Assembly (NCBI GenBank): GCA_028534125.1
Contig: CM052816.1
Span: 48,734,001-48,798,000 of the forward strand
Direction of reading: 5' to 3'
From: Lama glama
Taxonomy: Eukaryota
DNA length: 64,000 bases
The translations under genes and the position numbers were made by a program. Below, piece after piece: positions 39,472 to 54,039 of the stretch. The notes under the pieces are model-generated. The model had not been told where the DNA came from. It was given only the letters and a program-made list of their open reading frames with translations, and did no database searches. Within the stretch, counting starts at the first letter, position 1, and each line of letters starts with the position of its first letter.

Positions 39472-39733
39472 TCCTATGGATTGAACTGTGTCCCCCCAAA
39501 TTCATATGTTGAAGCTCTAGTGCACAATGTGATGGTAACTGGAGGTGGAACCTTTGAGAGGTAATTAGATATAGAATAGGTCATGAGGGTAGGGCCCTCA
39601 TGATGAGGCTAGTGACTTCATAGAAAGCGATATTGTTCTCAGATGTCCAGTTTCCAGAACTATGAGAGATTCTAGTCTGTTTAAGCCAATCAGTCCACGG
39701 TATTTTGTTTTGGCAGCCTGACCTAAATAAAAC
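39472..39733 (+). mobile_element. MLT1A-like MaLR LTR, internally deleted
   Basis: ctatggattgaactgtgtccccccaaattcatatgttgaagc...ggtcatgagggtagggccctcatgatg...gtttaagccaatcagtccacggtattttgttttggcagcc. Confidence 0.85.
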
Positions 39734-40834
39734 CTGAGTATTAGAAGTGATAAAAATAATTTATGCTTTATTTTAGAGCAGGTAGAAAATTGGAAATATA
39801 TAATACCTCCCTTTTTCTTCATTACTATCAATAATCTTAAGTGAACAGGAGCTAGCATTTTTTGACTAAACTACCCTCTCTCTATAATCTCTCATATTGT
39901 CGAAATTTTAGAGTCATGAGACTGAAGAGCAAATGCACACATTCATATATTTATACTTGTGAACTGATTACTAAGTTTATGTAAACAATGGCTAGAAGCT
40001 AGGTGCTTAGATTCTATCACTACTCACTTCTTTGACATTGGACAAATGAATTTAAGAAATAGATATCTAAGTGATTGCTATTGTTGATTCCTATCAATCA
40101 TTGAGAGTGACAGTGATTTTAATGCAATATTTGGACTACATGGAGCAGTACAATATAATATGAGTTTGGGGACAACAGAAATGGACTGGTTATTTAGGAA
40201 ATGGGAATAATGAGAAGGTGGTAACAACGGGGTACATAGGGATTTTTTTAAAATCACTTAAAGTAGTATGCTATCAAATTAAATCAACTCAACCTCACAA
40301 TGTGGAATATTTCCCACAATTGTTCCTGGTCCCATAGGTTAAAAAAAATTACACATTTTTATTTTAGGAAAAAAGGGATCTAATGAGATTTCCTTTTAAA
40401 ATATTAAAATATATGAGAGAATCTGCTAAATTTATTTGAGAAACTCCCTGAATTTGTTTAAAATTCACCATAAATAGAAAAGCTGGAAAGCTAATTAGTA
40501 GGTAGAGGTTATAAATAATGATTATTGCTTATAGATAATTTTTTATTTGATGAATCATTTATATACTTGTCCAAAATACAGATTGGATGACTTAGTGATT
40601 CAAGTTTAGAATTATATAATCAAAAGAAGAACACACATTTCTAGGTTTGAGGAAATGAGATTTTTTTGTTTGTTTTAATGCTATGCCTGTGCTGATTCTG
40701 TTACTATTTGTAGTGGCAGATATACATATACTGCCTACAGTTTTCTCTGAGTAATTTATTTTCCTTAAATAATATTTAATATTCAGATTATTAGTTCTAA
40801 CAATTTTTGAAAATATAATAAAATGCTGCTATAT

Positions 40835-41005
40835 TAGACTTTTAAGTAACAGAGTTTTTGATTGGAATTCCTGCTTTAATATTTACTAGCAGTGAGACCA
40901 TCACTTCTTCAGTAAGCATGAGTTTTGAGAAAATATAGTATTTTCTTTGTCCTACCTCTTCCCTATATAGAACAAAGTAAATGCTCAGTAAATGTTAGCA
41001 ATTTT
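40835..41005 (+). mobile_element. MIR SINE relic
   Basis: gaattcctgctttaatatttactagcagtgagacc...agtaaatgctcagtaaatgttagc. Confidence 0.5.
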
Positions 41006-44000
41006 TAATTAGATATGGCTGAATATTTTTATAGCATACATTTGAATCTGTTCTATAAAATGCATACATTAATCAACACATGAAATGTTTTCAATTGATA
41101 AATCAAGATAGAAGAATAGGAATTAAACTTATTCTATATGCTTAAATTTTTTATGCCATATTGTTTTGAAGTTCTCTTTTAAAAATGCATTCAAGTGACT
41201 ATAATTTTGTTCCTATAATCCGTATAATATAATTGGTTATATGCATGGCATCACCTAAGTTTTTCAAATAGATTCATTATTGCAAAGGACTTTTTTTGGA
41301 GATCCTTTAATTGAACTGGTTTATTTGAAATGAAAAATTCTATAAAATATATAATTAAATAAAAAAGGAAACATGTAAATCAAGTTGTATTGTGCCACAT
41401 TCCTGCTAATGCCAAAAATTCTGCTAAAAGAAATAATTAGGATTACTGACTTTCTAGATGAGCAGTACTATATGTATCTACAAAGCAAGGAAGAGTGTGA
41501 GAATGTGAGTCTGTGTATCTGCGTATGTGTGTTTGTACTGGGGAAAGGTCAAACCAGCAGAAAAAGGACTAGTAGCACTCCAACCACTTAGACTTGGGGC
41601 AGTTCTCACCAACCTTGAAAGGAATAGATAAGTGTATCTGGCAATAATTGCAATGTGCACTCTGGTTTCTAAATCCAGTTTATTTAGAAGAGTTTTGGTT
41701 TAAAAAAATAACTTGTCCTCTGCTAATCAAGGTATTTCCAATAAATCCTAATAATTTTGAAAATGTTAAAATGTTAATGATCTTCCAGTCACCAATATCC
41801 AGTAAAATTAAGCATCTGAAGTGCTTACTAGAGTCCTAAAACCATATAGTACTTAATGTATCCATGATAGTATTATCATTGGTTGGTTCCATCCAACTAT
41901 TGAATCTCTCTTAGTTTCAAGTGAAATTTAGTATCTTTTAGACATCTTTGGAGAAAATATTTGAAAGTCTTTAACAGTAAATATTTATTCTAAAACACTA
42001 TGAATTCATTTCATTCTAGAGAATGAGATCTGCATCTGTACGTAAAATGCCACTAAAGAACTAGCTGAATCCTGATTATCTTCATTTAAATTCATGAATC
42101 TTGAAAACAAATATTCATGTGCGCACACACATGTACATTTGCACCTGGGTATGCCTTTCACCTGTATAAAAACACAGTTTCTAGTAATGTAATTACAATC
42201 AATTTTCCTGTTAGGAGTTTTGGTGAATGAGAAAGAGGAGGACTTTGGAGTCAAACAGTTCTTCATTTTATAATCTGTAAGACAGTAAAATTGGATATTT
42301 AGATTACTATGGGCAATAAAATGACATACTTGATAGATTTTATTTCCTAATAACATAAAAAGGAAGAAAGATCCTGAGATAAATGTTTATTTCCTAGGTA
42401 TTTCCGTTATCCATAGTCTATTTTCCAAATGGTCTTCTTGATTTATCTTTGAGAAAACGAATGATTTTTACACACCCTATGATGATAGATATTCTCCCCT
42501 TATAGCTATACGTAGAAATCAAAAAGGGCATCCAAGAAGGAGTATGCGTGTGTATCTGAAAGTAATCATTAGTAGTGTTAGAATCTCTACTGATTTATGA
42601 ATCACTCAAAATATTTATATTGAGTTTATGCAGAGTTAAATAATAGTATTGTGAATGTTAAGTTTTTCTTCTGTTACTTTTTCACTGTAACTAACTGAGC
42701 TGTGATAATCCCTCCTTGGATTTATACTCAAATATACTGAGTGCCACGAGATACCAATTCATTTTCTTCAGACATGTTTGTTTGCAGGTAACAAATTTAT
42801 GTGAAACTGAATTGTATATGAATTCAGAGTACGCCAGAAGTAGTATAATTTAAATATTTTGCAATACTTAGTCATGCAGATGGCAGATTGTTGATTTTTT
42901 GGTGACAATAAAATGTGGGCCTGATTTCACTCAGAGGTATTACTTTGCTGCATATTTGTATATTCTGTCATTGCAGAAGTAGCATGTTTAAAATGTTTTT
43001 TAAAAATATTTATTTTGCCATCTTCCTTCAGTAACATGATCAAAACAATGGATTACTGAGGTTTGGAAAGGAAGATAGGGGACCCAGATTTTGTATTAGA
43101 CACATGATATATGGATGACTTCGAATTATATATTAGAGATCTTTTTTTCCCACTTCAAGCATCATATTTGAATGCAAAGGGATTGTCTGGAAGCTATTGT
43201 TTCATTCAATTACTAGAATGGTAAAAGACCCAGAGAATCAATCTTCTAAGGAAGGCATTGATGAATATACTACATTTAGAAAATATTTCACTTTCAGTCA
43301 TTCTGTCTTCAAGCAATTAAAGTGTCTGCATTACATACACAATTCTGAGCTATATTCTTTGGAAGTACAACCAGGCCCAAAGTAATCCCTAGAGCTCATT
43401 GCTGCTCCTAGGCTGGACTCCAGCCAGCCAATGAACTCCTAAACTGCTTATCTAGTCCTGGCAGACAACCAGGCGCTTGAAACTGAGTGACACTTCCTTA
43501 AAGTATTAACTCTGGTAAGGAGAGAGAAAAAAATGGGTGATTCAAAAGGAGAATTTCTTTTGACTTCTGTTTCTAAAAAGTGATTTTCTGCATCATTTCA
43601 AGCTAGGTTGGTGAACTGAAGAGTATATAAAACAACATACTTTAAGATCTGTTTAGTTCAGTGGTTATCAGCTTGGCGTGAGACTTTAAGAAGAAATTAT
43701 AGCCACTCAGACCCTAGCTTCAGAGGATCAGAGATTTTATGCAGTTCTACATGTCCCTTTGGTTATTTAGAAATGTTTCACTACTTACTTCATGAAAGTT
43801 AGCGACTTTGAAGTTCATTATCTGACATTAACAGCAAAATTTTAAGCATCAGAAAAACATCCATCAACCAATGAATGGATAAACAATTGTTCTGTAGCCA
43901 TGCAATTGAATACTTCAGGCAATTTGGCAGAGGGAATAGTTTAGGGAAGAACTTTCATAATGATGTTATATTATTCACTCCATCTCTCAGGTTGAGTAGG

Positions 44001-44182
44001 TCAGGATTTGGGGCACCTGGAATCCCAGGCCAGTCGTCTGTTGCCATAGGCAGGCTTAACTGGAGCTCCAAAAGATCACAGGTGCTGTAATTTTTTATAT
44101 GGGTTCTGATATAAAAAGTTTGGGGTGGCATACATAGTGCTGCTTACTAATATTTTCCAGTTTTCCTTCCGGTGTAGGGTGT

Positions 44183-44548
44183 AGGATGTAGCCAGATAAG
44201 GTATAGGACACCCAATTAAATGTAAAATTAAGATAAACAATCAATAATGTTTTGGGATAAGCATTTTCTGAAATATTGCATGGAATATATATATTTAAAA
44301 TTATTCATTTTTACCTGAAATTCAAACATAACTTGTAATCCTGTATTTTTTTTACAGCTTTATTGAGGGGTAGTTGACACATAAAATTGTAAGATAGTTA
44401 GAGTGTAAAATCAATGATTTGATATATGTCTACATTACAAAAGGATTCCCCACATCAAGTTAATTAACACATCCATCATCTCACATATTTATATATTTAC
44501 CTTTTTTTTATGGTGAGAATATTTTTATTTGAGAAATATGGCATCTGT
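44183..44548. mobile_element. MER53 palindromic MITE split by an L1 tail
   Basis: gccagataaggtataggacacccaattaaatgtaaaattaagataaacaa...aaatattgcatgga...ctgaaattcaaacataacttgtaatcctgtatttt; terminal part tatttttatttgagaaatatggca resumes at 44520. Confidence 0.8.
44351..44519 (-). mobile_element. L1MA9-like extreme 3' end (~170 bp)
   Basis: ttttacagctttattgagg...tgatttgatatatg...atcaagttaattaacacatccatcatctcacata; flanked by tattttt at 44344-44350 and 44520-44526. Confidence 0.85.
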
Positions 44549-47500
44549 ACTTGGGAACAATTTCGCTTCTATCTTGAGGTTACGTGTCATCATTTGACTC
44601 AGTGTGGCTATTTAAGTATGTTTCTCTTCTCTGGGGAAATCTATCTGAGGCAGACAGTTGTTTCTCAGGCAAAAAAAAAAAAAAAGATTGCCTGAGAGGG
44701 ATCTCCCAAAGAATTCTTCCCCTAATCCTGCAATCATGGAATCCTAACATGGGGTGAGGATAAATGCTGAGCTATCACTTCGACACAAGCTGCCAAAGAA
44801 AGTTTCTCAGTCTTGCTAAATATTTTGAGTGAATGAGAAGTAAGTTACTGTTTGTTTATATGCTTACATTGAAGGTTAGGTTATGAGGTGCTTATTAATG
44901 GAGAATAACCTAAATCATCTTGACTGATAAGAGTTGGAAGCACTGGACTTTTAGACAAATGTAGGATTCCTATCATTAGTAAATTTTCACTTGCTGTTAG
45001 TGATCCTGACTTTAAAATGACAGTTATAATGGTGTGTGTGTGCAAATGAGTGTGGGTGTACACATGTGTGTATTTTTTGGTCATATTTACCTATGGAAAC
45101 TGAACTTAGCCTGAGGTGGAATTTTTCCAGTTGAGTATGACAGAGAATAATAAATTTTATGTGAATATAAAATGTCTCTCTTCTTATAGCCCAAAACCCT
45201 TTTTTTTACTGTTCATATACAACTTTGACTTAAGACATATAATCAGAAATTTTAAAACTAGTTGAATCTCAAGAATTACATAATCCAACTATCCCACTTT
45301 AGATGGCAACATTAAAATATAGAACTTTTAAGATATTTTCACATATTCGCACTTGAACAAATTGGTGGCTAGATTAGATTCAATTCAAAGTTCTAGCCCA
45401 CAACTTTAAAAATCTAAAACTGGATTATATAAACTTGCAAGTTGTAACAGACACTGGTAGATATTAATGAAATCCAAATTTAAAAAAAGAATTCAAGTAA
45501 ATTATGTTTAAACATCAATTTGACTAAATAATAATGACAAAATAAGAATACAAAAAAAGCGAAAAAGAAAAGTAAAATTAGAATAACTTACTGAGAAAAT
45601 TTTGCTCACTGACTCCTTTTTTATTTTTATTTTTTCATTTTGTAAGAGCATCTCTGATTTGAGAATCAGTACCCTACATGCAAAGAACATTAGTTTGAGA
45701 ATTAGAGAATCATGTTTAATCTGTTTCTTCAACTGTAAAATGAGGTTATAATCTCAATGGTAACAAAGTTTTAAAACTCCATAGACTCAATATTTACACA
45801 GTTATTTCTGATCAGTTGAAAACCAAACTTATTTTTGATGCTTTTTTTTTCAAGATTGTAGAAAATCATAGATCTGATCATTCAAACAGAAATCAATAGA
45901 GAATGTGATACTAAATATCATATCATATTTCTTGGCCTCCAGTCAAGGTTTGGATTTACCTGAAAGAACACTTAATTTCATATGTTGATAAGAGTTTTAT
46001 ATTCCTAATGGGTTTAGTAGTTCCTAAGTAAGTGGCAGCTTTGCAGTGCCTTAACTGCAAAACTTTTTATTAAGCCTGCTACTTGCCAATATTTTATTCA
46101 GATGTGTTTTGTTGTTTCCTACAGAAGTTACTCTTGATATTCAGCCAGTCCACAGTTAATGAGAATCAGCTCACTAACAATTTGGATTCTCATGCCACTG
46201 TGACAATGCTAGCAGCTCTATCAATCCAGACAGTTTATTAATGGATGCTCTTATTTCCAAGCACAACTGCTGCTTTTATCAAATAAGAAACAATCTAGTT
46301 CACATGCATGTCTTTTAATTAACTGAAATAGCACAATTAAACTACTTGGATTTTTCCAAGTCAGCTAACTATGTGAATTTGACTAAAGAACTTCTAATGT
46401 CTAAATCATGGATTTATCAATGTCAGAAATAAATTTTCAGTATCTTGGTTAGTAGAAATGAGACACATCCAGAAAAATTCTGTACCTATTATGTTATTTA
46501 AAACTCATGAGAAACTAGTAAATTGCTAGATATACTCATTCTTTACTGGTCAACTCATAAAGAAACTATCACAGTGATTCTTGCTTTAGAATGCCAAATA
46601 CTTGGGAGTCTGGTGAACATTTTTTTTTCAGTGTTTTGACAAAATACTGTAAATATCCAGGGGATTTGGTAATGGTTTTCCATTTTCTAGCATCTCATTA
46701 TAACATGTTTTATCAGCTAAATATTATGTGAAAACAGTGCTCAAATTCTGTTCAATATCTGTTCTACTCCCAGGAAGGAACTTCTTTATATAAAAGAAAC
46801 TTCAATTAGAATCCTAATAGATTCATTTCAATTTGGTTATGTTCTGTAATTTCTTTGCTAGATTTTGCACATGGTTTTAATCACTTATGAAAACAGACTT
46901 TCCATTAGGATTGCAACCAAAATGTCAGATGGCATTATAACAAAGACCTATTTTCAAGATCTCATTGGTGTTTCAGTAACAAAATCTTTTTATTATGGTA
47001 TAAATTGATCTGTTTCATACTAAATTGTATTCCATAGTTCCAAAGACAGAATTAAAATGAAAAAGTACTGTATTATGACACAAATCCAATCTTCTGACAT
47101 TGGGTGGCAGTTGGAAACATTGCCTGTTTAAACAAAAGTTTATTAAAACATTCCTAATTGCAATTCAATTGTAACTTATAGCCTACTAAGACAATAATGT
47201 TTCCTTCTAAAAGACATATGTGCTTGATATTCTTCTGCAAGTTAATAATATTAAGGGTTGATTATTTATTTTCTATGCTTATTTACTGGTACTTTGAATA
47301 ATGTAGTTAGATTTATGAAGGTTATATATCAAAGATTCTACTGGTACTGGACTGTTAAAATTTTTACCAACATGTTCCTAAAGTTACCATGGAAATGTGG
47401 ATGTTAATAAAAGAAAAATTGGGTAGCATTTCTTATTGTAGTCAAGTTGGCTTATCTAAGGAAAAACTATCCAAGTGTACCAAGGGACTCCTTCATCTTC

Positions 47501-48184
47501 CACCCCAAGACACAATATAGCTTTAATTTCTCTCTAAGGTAGAGAACAACAAAACCCAGCAGGATTTGCTAGACACATTCACATCTTATGAATGCAGTCC
47601 TAAAACCAATTTTTCCCCTTCTCTCTACTGCCTTGAATCTTACTTAATTTATCTCTTTCTTAATATCTAAATATTTTAGTTTTTCTTCCAATATTTTATA
47701 AGAAAATATTCCCTCAATATTCCAATTTTCTTTTTTGGTTCTCATGAATATTTACCTATGCTGATTCCATTTCTTTATATTCAGTTCTTTGCCTAGAACT
47801 TGTTTAAAATGAGCAATTCCATGATAACTGCCTGAACACACTAATCATTTTTGTTGGGTTTATTTTAGTAGACACGCTAAAATAGACTACTTTAAAATAT
47901 CTCTACTTCATGGGGAAACGCAACTCAGGATCATATCTAAACAATTTTGAAAATAACCATTTTAGTTTTATCACATGAAAGATATAAAAAATTTAAATAC
48001 AGAAACTTAAAAAGAAGAAAAATATCTTCAATACTCAAGTATTAAAAAGATTTTTTTCATCTTTATGCATCCCGTCAAGTATTTTATGTACATTTAGAAA
48101 ACACATATGATTCTCTGAGTTGATAGCTAATGACATTATTGTTTAATATTCATATCAATTAAACTCTTATAAATATTTAATTTT

Positions 48185-48845
48185 GAGGGTGACACTCTTT
48201 ATTTGATCTCAATGGGATCAAATTTTCTTGAATTTCTTCTAAATTCTGTAGATACTTCAATCTGTCTCTTACACAAGCCTCACCTTCTCTACAGGATGCT
48301 ATAAGGTCACATATCCCAGAGCTCCTATCTTGGCATGTTCTCCCTCAAAAATGTCTACCATTTCAGTAGTTTCAGTCACAATTTATATGCCTAAAATTTT
48401 CTATCACCATGTCTAACCCACATTTCTTTTCTGATATGATAACTTTAACATATCTTCTAGTCTTCTCTACTAGAAATTGGGGGGGGATTCTTTTAATTTT
48501 TTTCTTTGTTGTTTGCTATCCCTCACTATTTATTTTATCTGAAGTCTTCTTCACCCTATTCTCTCCTTTAGCTAACTTATGTCGCTGATTTAAGTCTGAG
48601 CACTAAAGTCACTTTTTCCAGAGAAAATATTCCTTATTTTCTCATTTCTGATGTTCCATTCCCTCCTTTTTTCTCATGCTCTAATCTAGATTAAAAGCCT
48701 CTGTTAGACAATTTTATAGCACCTAATACTTTTACAACTTTATTACAAGACTATGAACTTAATGAAGACTGGGGTCATGGTCAACATATTAATCTTAATA
48801 TCTACAGAACCTAGTGTGATATTTTAATTCTCAATACTATTTTAT
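48185..48845 (+). mobile_element. L2 LINE relic
   Basis: ttctctccttt...gctgatttaagtctgagcactaaagtcactttttccagagaa...agactatgaacttaatgaagactggggtcatg...cagaacctag. Confidence 0.55.
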
Positions 48846-51049
48846 CATTTTGAGCTCTTTTCAGGTAAATTTCAACAAAACAAACAAACTAAAAATCCTA
48901 AGGAAAGTAGGACACTTATTGCTGTTAATGTTTGATTATAATAGAAACAAAATTGAGTTTTCAAATGTATTTGCACCCTGAATGCAATTTTTTTCTGGCT
49001 ATAATGTATGATGAAACATTATGTTGACATTTAGAACACGAAAGCTATATAACAAGGACAATATCTTTATAATTAATATCACTGTGACCAAGTTACATAT
49101 TTAAATACATTTTTATGGTATTATTTACCAGTATAATGGCTGAGATCTTTGTGTAGACCCCTCAGATTCATTCTCTTTTATGACCCCAAGTTTCATTGTG
49201 TTTTTAAAAGGAAGTGGTATAGGATAATATAAGTGCATTTTTAATGATTAGTTACTGTCATTCTCTTGGTGCAACACAGTTTAAAATGATAGCAATAAAG
49301 TCTAAATTACTATATATATGATCTACCAAAATGTTAATTTTCACTTACTGCTGTAAACTTCTTTCCCTCATCACTGATACATAAAAGTAACAACTCAGAG
49401 TAATTTTAGGTAATCTCTTCAAAAGAGCTCTCAAATAGTCTAATCAGTGTTGATCTTTCCATAAACTTCACAAAATAGCAATAAGAATTATTTTCTAAAT
49501 AAAATAGAGAAGCTACACCTCATCCTCAACTCCATCAAAAATCCAAAGTATATCTGATATTTTAGAAATAAATGTTTAAAACACACTACATATTTGTCAT
49601 TGTATTAGATTCCACGTAGATTAAAAATCTATGAACTGAAACTAAGATTCTTTCAGATGCTTTTATCTGACAGGCTTCAACTGTGATGATAGTAAGTCTA
49701 CAATTTAAACTAATGGTATAAATAGAAATAGCAGTTTTCAAATTCATCAGTCACTTAGGAAAATAATTTTCTACCAAGTGACACTTTTGGTCCTCTCTGC
49801 TTCATGTGAAATTTTTCTCTGGAAATCTATAGACATTAAAAATAACAACATCATTTTCTCTGTTGTTCTCCTATTTGAAATCCTGCTGTTGTTATCTAAT
49901 GTATTCATTTTCCTTTTCTTCCCTTTCCCGTGAAGACTTCTAAACCATTGCATTTTGCTTCACAGTTTATATAGGAGAAACATAGAACCACTTAGAATGA
50001 TTTATTTATAAATAACCTAATTTAATTTTTTTTTATCATTTATCTTTGTTTTCAGAGTTTAAATCAGTGAACCATTGTTAAGTAATTAAATTAAAATATG
50101 GCTAATTTGTCACATCATTTAAAATAATGATACAAATCAAGAAAGAAAATGAATTTGCATATTTTTTCTCCATAAAAGTATTAAACAAACCAATGACTTT
50201 TGGTAAATGAAAACTGGATTTTGTTAATCATAAAAATGAAGAATGAGAATTTACATTGAGGGTGAAAGAAAATCAGAGAGGAAAAATACATAAGTATAAT
50301 AAGAAATTATGGTTCTCATTACTGTGAAATATGTATATTATATTTTCCCATGCCTTTCTAAAATCTTGATCATTTCTATTATCCAAGTTATCTTTTAGGG
50401 AAGAAAAGTGATGAGGTCAAAACTACCTTCCCTAAACATATGTGAAATAATTTGGAGTTTCTTGACCTTTTTCTCTGTATACTTGATTAAACTTGAAACC
50501 AAGAAACACGTTATTCCGTATCATCCAGTGTTACATATTTGGGAACTAATTCCATACTGTACAAAATTTAGTAATTTGGTTTTGGATAGTATTGATTTTC
50601 TTGCTTTACTTGATTTACTTTAGAACTATTTTTTATTCCTGCAACATCATGCCAGTTAGAGATATATTCCACACTCCATCAGTGTAAAATCATGCAAATA
50701 GAACTCTGACAAAAATATATCAAACTCGTAATGTTGCAATTTATAATTCCTAGAATCTGAAGAAAAATAACAGTCCACATCAACTAGAAAATAAAGTACA
50801 CCAAATTAGTCAATATGAACTCATTGGAAGAGACAAAATAGTGGTGAAACAAGGATTTTATATTGCATAGAACAATACACGGCTATCATATTTGGTACTG
50901 AAACTACTATTATGGAGTTGAAAGAAGGAAGGACTTGCTGTGTCTAAAATGATCATAGAATGACTTTTAGGAGAGGGGAGGAATTTCCACACAGAAAAAC
51001 AAGGAAACTCATGGAAGGAAGAAGAAAGTGGGTTAAGGCTCATAGTTGA

Positions 51050-51560
51050 ATATATGCCCAATGAGGACCTGGGTTGTAAAGACCAGACTAACTGTTGTGA
51101 AGCTGCCTTCTAAACGACTAACACAAGGAAAGCTGGCCACTTTTGACTCAGCATCCACTAAAAACTGTTGAGGCTTGTGAAATACTTTATGTCAGTATAA
51201 AAGAATGATAGAGGATATGTCTAAGAGATGTTAAGAAGATGAAGAGAGAAAATATGTGTGGCTATTTCAGTCATCCTGTGTGCTTTTGTTATGAGAGCCA
51301 AGACTGTCATGGTGTCAATGGGAACAAGAACTAATTATTGGAAGATATATAACCCCTGAAGTATTGGCATGACATTGTGACAGATTTGTGTGAGACTAAA
51401 AGGAGGAACCAGGCATGAATTTGGGTCCTATATGTCACTGCTAGAATTATGACTACCTTAAATAGTGACTCATACAGGAAAGAGACTTTAAAGGCAGAAA
51501 GTAAAAGATGAGTTCAGTAAGAGATATGATGAATCTATGAAAATAACAGAACACCAAAGT
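51050..51560 (-). mobile_element. L2 LINE relic
   Basis: ggctatttcagtcatcctg...gacattgtgacagatttg...agatgagttcagtaagagatatgatgaat. Confidence 0.5.
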
Positions 51561-52319
51561 TCTTAGAATTTCTAATCTAGACATAAACATTATAGCTGTT
51601 AATTAGACATGGTTAATTCTTCTAGTAAATAAGTATATTAGAAAGATAAATTACTATTTTAAAAGAGGTTGCTTTATTTATGAAATATGGGATGATGTAT
51701 GGTGATAGATTATTTTGAACAGAAAAGCCTATTAATTAACTTCTTTACTTATGCAAAATTATGATATACGATAAATTAAGACATTTGTTGTTTGAGGGCC
51801 ACCATTTCTGAGGAGAAAGGAGGACACTGTTAGAGAAGAGGGAGGCTTCAACAATCTGTCCAGGGAGAAATTTTCTGCCACAAAGTGGCAAAATAACTTA
51901 TATTAAATGTCCAGTATTCAATCTTAATTGGTTTCCATTTATGTGTTTTTCCTAGAACTACTTCCTTATTGTTATATTGTGTTAGTTATTGAGCCTTTCC
52001 ACCCTAGATTATAACTCTTTCAGAGTTTGTCATGAGAGAAATAGGAAAAGACATTTTCAAAATTACTAATACAGAGCACACAGAAAAAGATATTCATAAG
52101 TACCAGGGCAGATGTTCCTGTTTGTTTCTCTTTTCCTAATTTTACTGCAAAATTGGAAACTACATTGGGAATGTAGCTCTGATGTGAAGAGAAACTTCTG
52201 TGACCCAAAAATGTTACGTTCATACATTTCCAATATCCTATTGCTTAAGATGGCAATTTTCCATTGTGTTCAAGCAATATGACTTGGCGTCATCCAGATC
52301 TTCCTGATCATGTATTTAA

Positions 52320-52541
52320 TAAACTCATATATAATGCTTACTCTGAGCCAGATGCTGCTTGAAGCATTTTACAAATAAGTCATTTGAATCTCCTAGCAGC
52401 ACTGAGATGGGTACCACCATTATCACCACTTTCAGTTGAGGAAATTGAACAACGAGAGGTGAAGTAATGTCTCTGAGGTACACAGCTGGTTAGAGGTGGA
52501 GACCTCTAGCTCTTGAGTGTGTCCTATTAACCACAACACTG
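52320..52541 (-). mobile_element. MIR SINE, near full length
   Basis: atgcttactctgagccag...catttgaatctcctagcagcactgagatgggtacc...cagttgaggaaattga...gagaggtgaagtaatgtc...cacagctggt...ttaaccacaacactgt. Confidence 0.8.
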
Positions 52542-54039
52542 TGGTGTCTCTACACCCGTAGGGTTAGTGTTCCCATCATCCTAGAGGAGACCTCCTTAAC
52601 GCTTCTCTGCCTGCCTTGCACAAGTACAAAAGAAATATCACTGGAGTTGAAATTGAGGTCCATGCTATTTGGGACTTTCCTGCTTTTCATGAGGAGGTAA
52701 AATCTATATATTCTGAGAACTGGCTTTGGTTTACTTTCCTTGGAATAAGGCTAAGCAAGTTCAGATAACAGACTCATTAGCCCTTATTTATCGCCATGAA
52801 CGATTTTCCCTAAAATCAGTTATATGCAAGACTCCAATGTATGATGATTTGAATTTGCAGTAAATATGATTTTTGTAGTTTAGAAAATGAGGTACTGCTG
52901 GGAAAACAGGAGCCAAGTTGATAAAACAACATAATAAAAAATTTGTAGATCCTGGAATTTAAGTTAGATAAGAAATCTACCCATCCCAATAAGTCGTTGG
53001 ACTTCTTAAGAAAAGGAGAATGGTTTTAGGTTCCCCGGGCCTTGACCCTAGAAGAACAGAAAACAGCAGAGCAAATATGTCAGGCAACAGCAAAAGAGAG
53101 GGTAGAAGTCACCCATTCTCTTTCCTCCCTAAAGATTTCCAACAGATCAGGTCTGAGTACAGAAGGAAAGGAATTTTAATTGGATAATAAGTCAGTGTTT
53201 TGACATTGACAGGACTAGATTATTTTATTGTCACAAAATGAAATTGTTGGTTAAGGGTTGACAATGACAAGAGAAACTAAGGGTTATCCGTAGGATTACA
53301 ATCAAGTAGAGGAGGTACTGGAAACAGAAATAGTGGAAAAGCAGTGAACGGCAACGCAATTATTTGCTTCACTTTCTTTTTATTAAACAATCTGGTTACA
53401 TTCATTTTCCTGAATTTTCTCTAATGCAAATAGACCATTCCTTGGGAAAAAAATAAAACAAAACTAGATAATACCAAGGCAACTGCCAAAGGACCACACC
53501 AATATCCTCTACTTTATGACCTTGATGTGACCCTCAGAACATGATCTCTACCTTACAAATATTATTATCCTATAAATGGGGGCATCGCATTTTCTCTCTA
53601 AGATCCTAACCATATATAAATGCCTGTTGAATTTTATCCTACAGAGTAATGTTAGGAGTGGTCTTACTTCTACACTTGCTCTTTCATAAGGGCAGAGTTT
53701 CCCTATGTTTTTTTGGCTGTGGTTAGTTCCACACTAGTGTTCTTCCCATTGTCGACTACTCAGAATTTGAGTTACATTATAAGAAACGTTTGAGGAATGT
53801 TTTTATATTCTGATAGGTGATAGAATAAATAGGATAAATTTTCCATTTAGTAAAACTGGTTACACTCTGAGAAATTAAAAATATGTTAATGAAAAAATTC
53901 AATATTCTAAGTTTGCAATTTTATCTGTACTTACTCCAACCCCCACTTTCTGATAAGAACAGAAAATCAATAAAGCAATATCTAGCTGTAAACATGAAAA
54001 TTTTAAAATATATATCAATTTTATAGTCAGTCTATTTCC

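Larger units (their letters stand above)
44121..44930 (+). mobile_element. MLT1J-like LTR hosting nested MER53 and L1
   Basis: 5' part gctgcttactaatattttccagttttcc; resumes with cttgaggttacgtgtcatcatttgact; 3' terminus ataacctaaatcatcttgactgata. Confidence 0.55.

Noticed and set aside
41458..41504. Possible 47-nt exon (ttctag|ATGAG...AAT|gtgagt)
   Set aside because: Very short pyrimidine tract, not frame-preserving, and no recognisable peptide.
42006..42356. 116-aa minus-strand ORF
   Set aside because: No recognisable homology or exon boundaries.
52880..53400. Possible old Gypsy-like or ERV LTR
   Set aside because: Only a vague compositional resemblance and a ..ttaca end; I could not define termini or a family.
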